From an uncultured Pseudomonadales bacterium (lineage in GTDB: Bacteria; Patescibacteriota; Microgenomatia; UBA1400; PJMF01), in the NCBI GenBank assembly GCA_964464985.1, contig CAYXJQ010000007.1, positions 8,150 through 32,149 of the forward strand: a DNA stretch of 24,000 nucleotides. The letters are read 5' to 3'. The number at the start of each line of letters is the position of its first letter. The stretch's first letter is position 1. The position numbers and the translations under genes were made by a program. The notes below the pieces were generated by a model that was not told the origin of the DNA, ran no database searches, and was given only the letters and a program-made list of their open reading frames with translations. Below are positions 23,281 through 24,000 of the stretch, piece by piece.

Positions 23281-24000
23281 CTAGTTAATAATCCACCAAT
23301 TAAACTGAACATCTTTGTTTAAAGCAAAATCAAATCCAACAGTAAATTCTGCTTCATTTTCAGCAGTAAAGTCACTATCTAACAATTTATTTTTGATATA
23401 AATAACTTGATTATTTGTAGATGTGAGTGGTGTGATGTAAATCATGCTGTTTTCACTAAGCCGAGTGGTTTTAATTTTTACTTCAGTTTGACCTGCAACA
23501 ATTACTGCTTGTCCAGCGCTGTTATTGTTGATATTTGCAGAAGCACTGGCATCAGCAGAAGCACTGGCATCGGCAGGCATCTGATCAACCTTCAGGCCAC
23601 CGCGCAGAGTTAAATCTCCACTAGCCGACATTGTCGCTATTGGTTCTCCTTTTTCATCTACAAATTCAAAGTTATTTTCTCTAATTACCTCTTCACCTAT
23701 TTCATTAGCGACTGCCTGAGCGAGTTGAACACGGATATTTTCATCTGGATTATTGGCTTTAATAAGGTTGGTGAGTAAAGTATTCTTTACCTTTAGTTCT
23801 TCACCAACTTCTAGAGTACCGGCTACTTTTAGATCACCACTGATGTTGACTAAACCATTTTCGTTTAAAACTAATAAATCGGCCATCAGCGAGAGGCGAC
23901 CTTTGCCAGACGGTTGAATAGATAAATCATAATTATCGTTATTTTGAAAAGCTATATAGCCGTCACCCATAGTTAAACCTTCTCCAACTAATAAAGTTTG
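23281..24000 (-). CDS. Beta-strand-rich hypothetical surface protein, truncated at its 5' end by the window edge
   Basis: The track gives 23281..23970 from an internal Met. The frame stays open upstream to position 24000 (..QTLLVGEGLTMGDGY..), so the true start is probably outside the window. It contains G/V/L-rich short beta-like repeats (LVNISGDLKVAGTLEVGEELKV), a DASASADASASA repeat and the C-terminus ..FTVGFDFALNKDVQFNWWIIN. Confidence 0.65.
   Translation of the reverse strand, partial: QTLLVGEGLTMGDGYIAFQNNDNYDLSIQPSGKGRLSLMADLLVLNENGLVNISGDLKVAGTLEVGEELKVKNTLLTNLIKANNPDENIRVQLAQAVANEIGEEVIRENNFEFVDEKGEPIATMSASGDLTLRGGLKVDQMPADASASADASASANINNNSAGQAVIVAGQTEVKIKTTRLSENSMIYITPLTSTNNQVIYIKNKLLDSDFTAENEAEFTVGFDFALNKDVQFNWWIIN
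23537..23577. repeat. 18-bp tandem repeat of ~2.3 copies (GCAGAAGCACTGGCATCA/G) encoding DASASA units
   Basis: Copy 1 spans 23537-23554. Copy 2 spans 23555-23572 with one mismatch. A partial third copy follows. The repeat is in frame within CDS 23281..24000. Confidence 0.85.

Noticed and set aside
2849-23613. Other short track ORFs nested in or antisense to longer genes: 2849..3031, 2952..3167, 3049..3243, 3717..3905, 5290..5529, 5349..5600, 5925..6140, 7946..8230, 10733..10939, 14071..14337, 15805..16020, 15887..16156, 16223..16438, 18748..18954, 19330..19515, 19963..20226, 21023..21214, 21480..21737, 22192..22392, 23407..23613
   Set aside because: Each overlaps a much longer ORF that has recognisable family motifs. 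None has a recognisable motif or a Shine-Dalgarno of its own. They are treated as frame shadows.
1-24000. Alternative genetic code (UGA recoding, as in some CPR lineages)
   Set aside because: Well-supported genes end in TGA at sensible positions, for example the SBP at 9967-9969 and the pilin-like gene at 3378-3380. Conserved proteins such as RadA, Rho and Obg are full length under the standard code.
1-24000. Mobile elements, prophage, CRISPR arrays, toxin-antitoxin or known defence systems
   Set aside because: I saw no transposase, integrase or recombinase motifs. I found no terminal inverted repeats, no regularly spaced direct repeats and no nuclease, ATPase or methylase pairs typical of defence islands. 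Gene density and composition look uniform across the window.

Overview
This is 24 kb of low-GC, very tightly packed bacterial DNA that uses the standard genetic code, since long ORFs end in TGA, TAA and TAG. Several genes overlap by 4-8 nt. Gene content and protein families look like a Patescibacteria/CPR (Microgenomates-like) genome, but that is inference. A housekeeping block sits in the middle: a yvcK-like gene, a cytidylyltransferase-fold gene, radA, rho, a LysM-M23 peptidase and obg. To its left are envelope genes: a coiled-coil SpoIID protein, VanW and a membrane-anchored solute-binding protein. Two different filament or surface modules lie at the edges. (i) At the left edge on the minus strand is an operon of two secreted Cys-rich proteins that end in VirB2/TrbC-like 'T4SS pilin' two-helix hairpins. 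It continues into a giant secreted protein that is missing from the ORF track because it runs off the window, and that carries a lytic-transglycosylase-like motif. (ii) In the right third, a polytopic Wzy/O-antigen-ligase-like TPR membrane protein is divergent from three tandem type IV (pseudo)pilin genes. A convergent three-gene operon of surface proteins follows, including an FN3-like tandem duplication. The only large non-coding stretch is a ~760-bp AT-rich spacer between radA and rho. It contains perfect hairpins, a strong plus-strand intrinsic terminator, phased short repeats and one perfect DnaA-box 9-mer. I recognised no rRNA, tRNA, CRISPR array, transposase or integrase. All functional calls come from reading motifs by eye; no database search was run.
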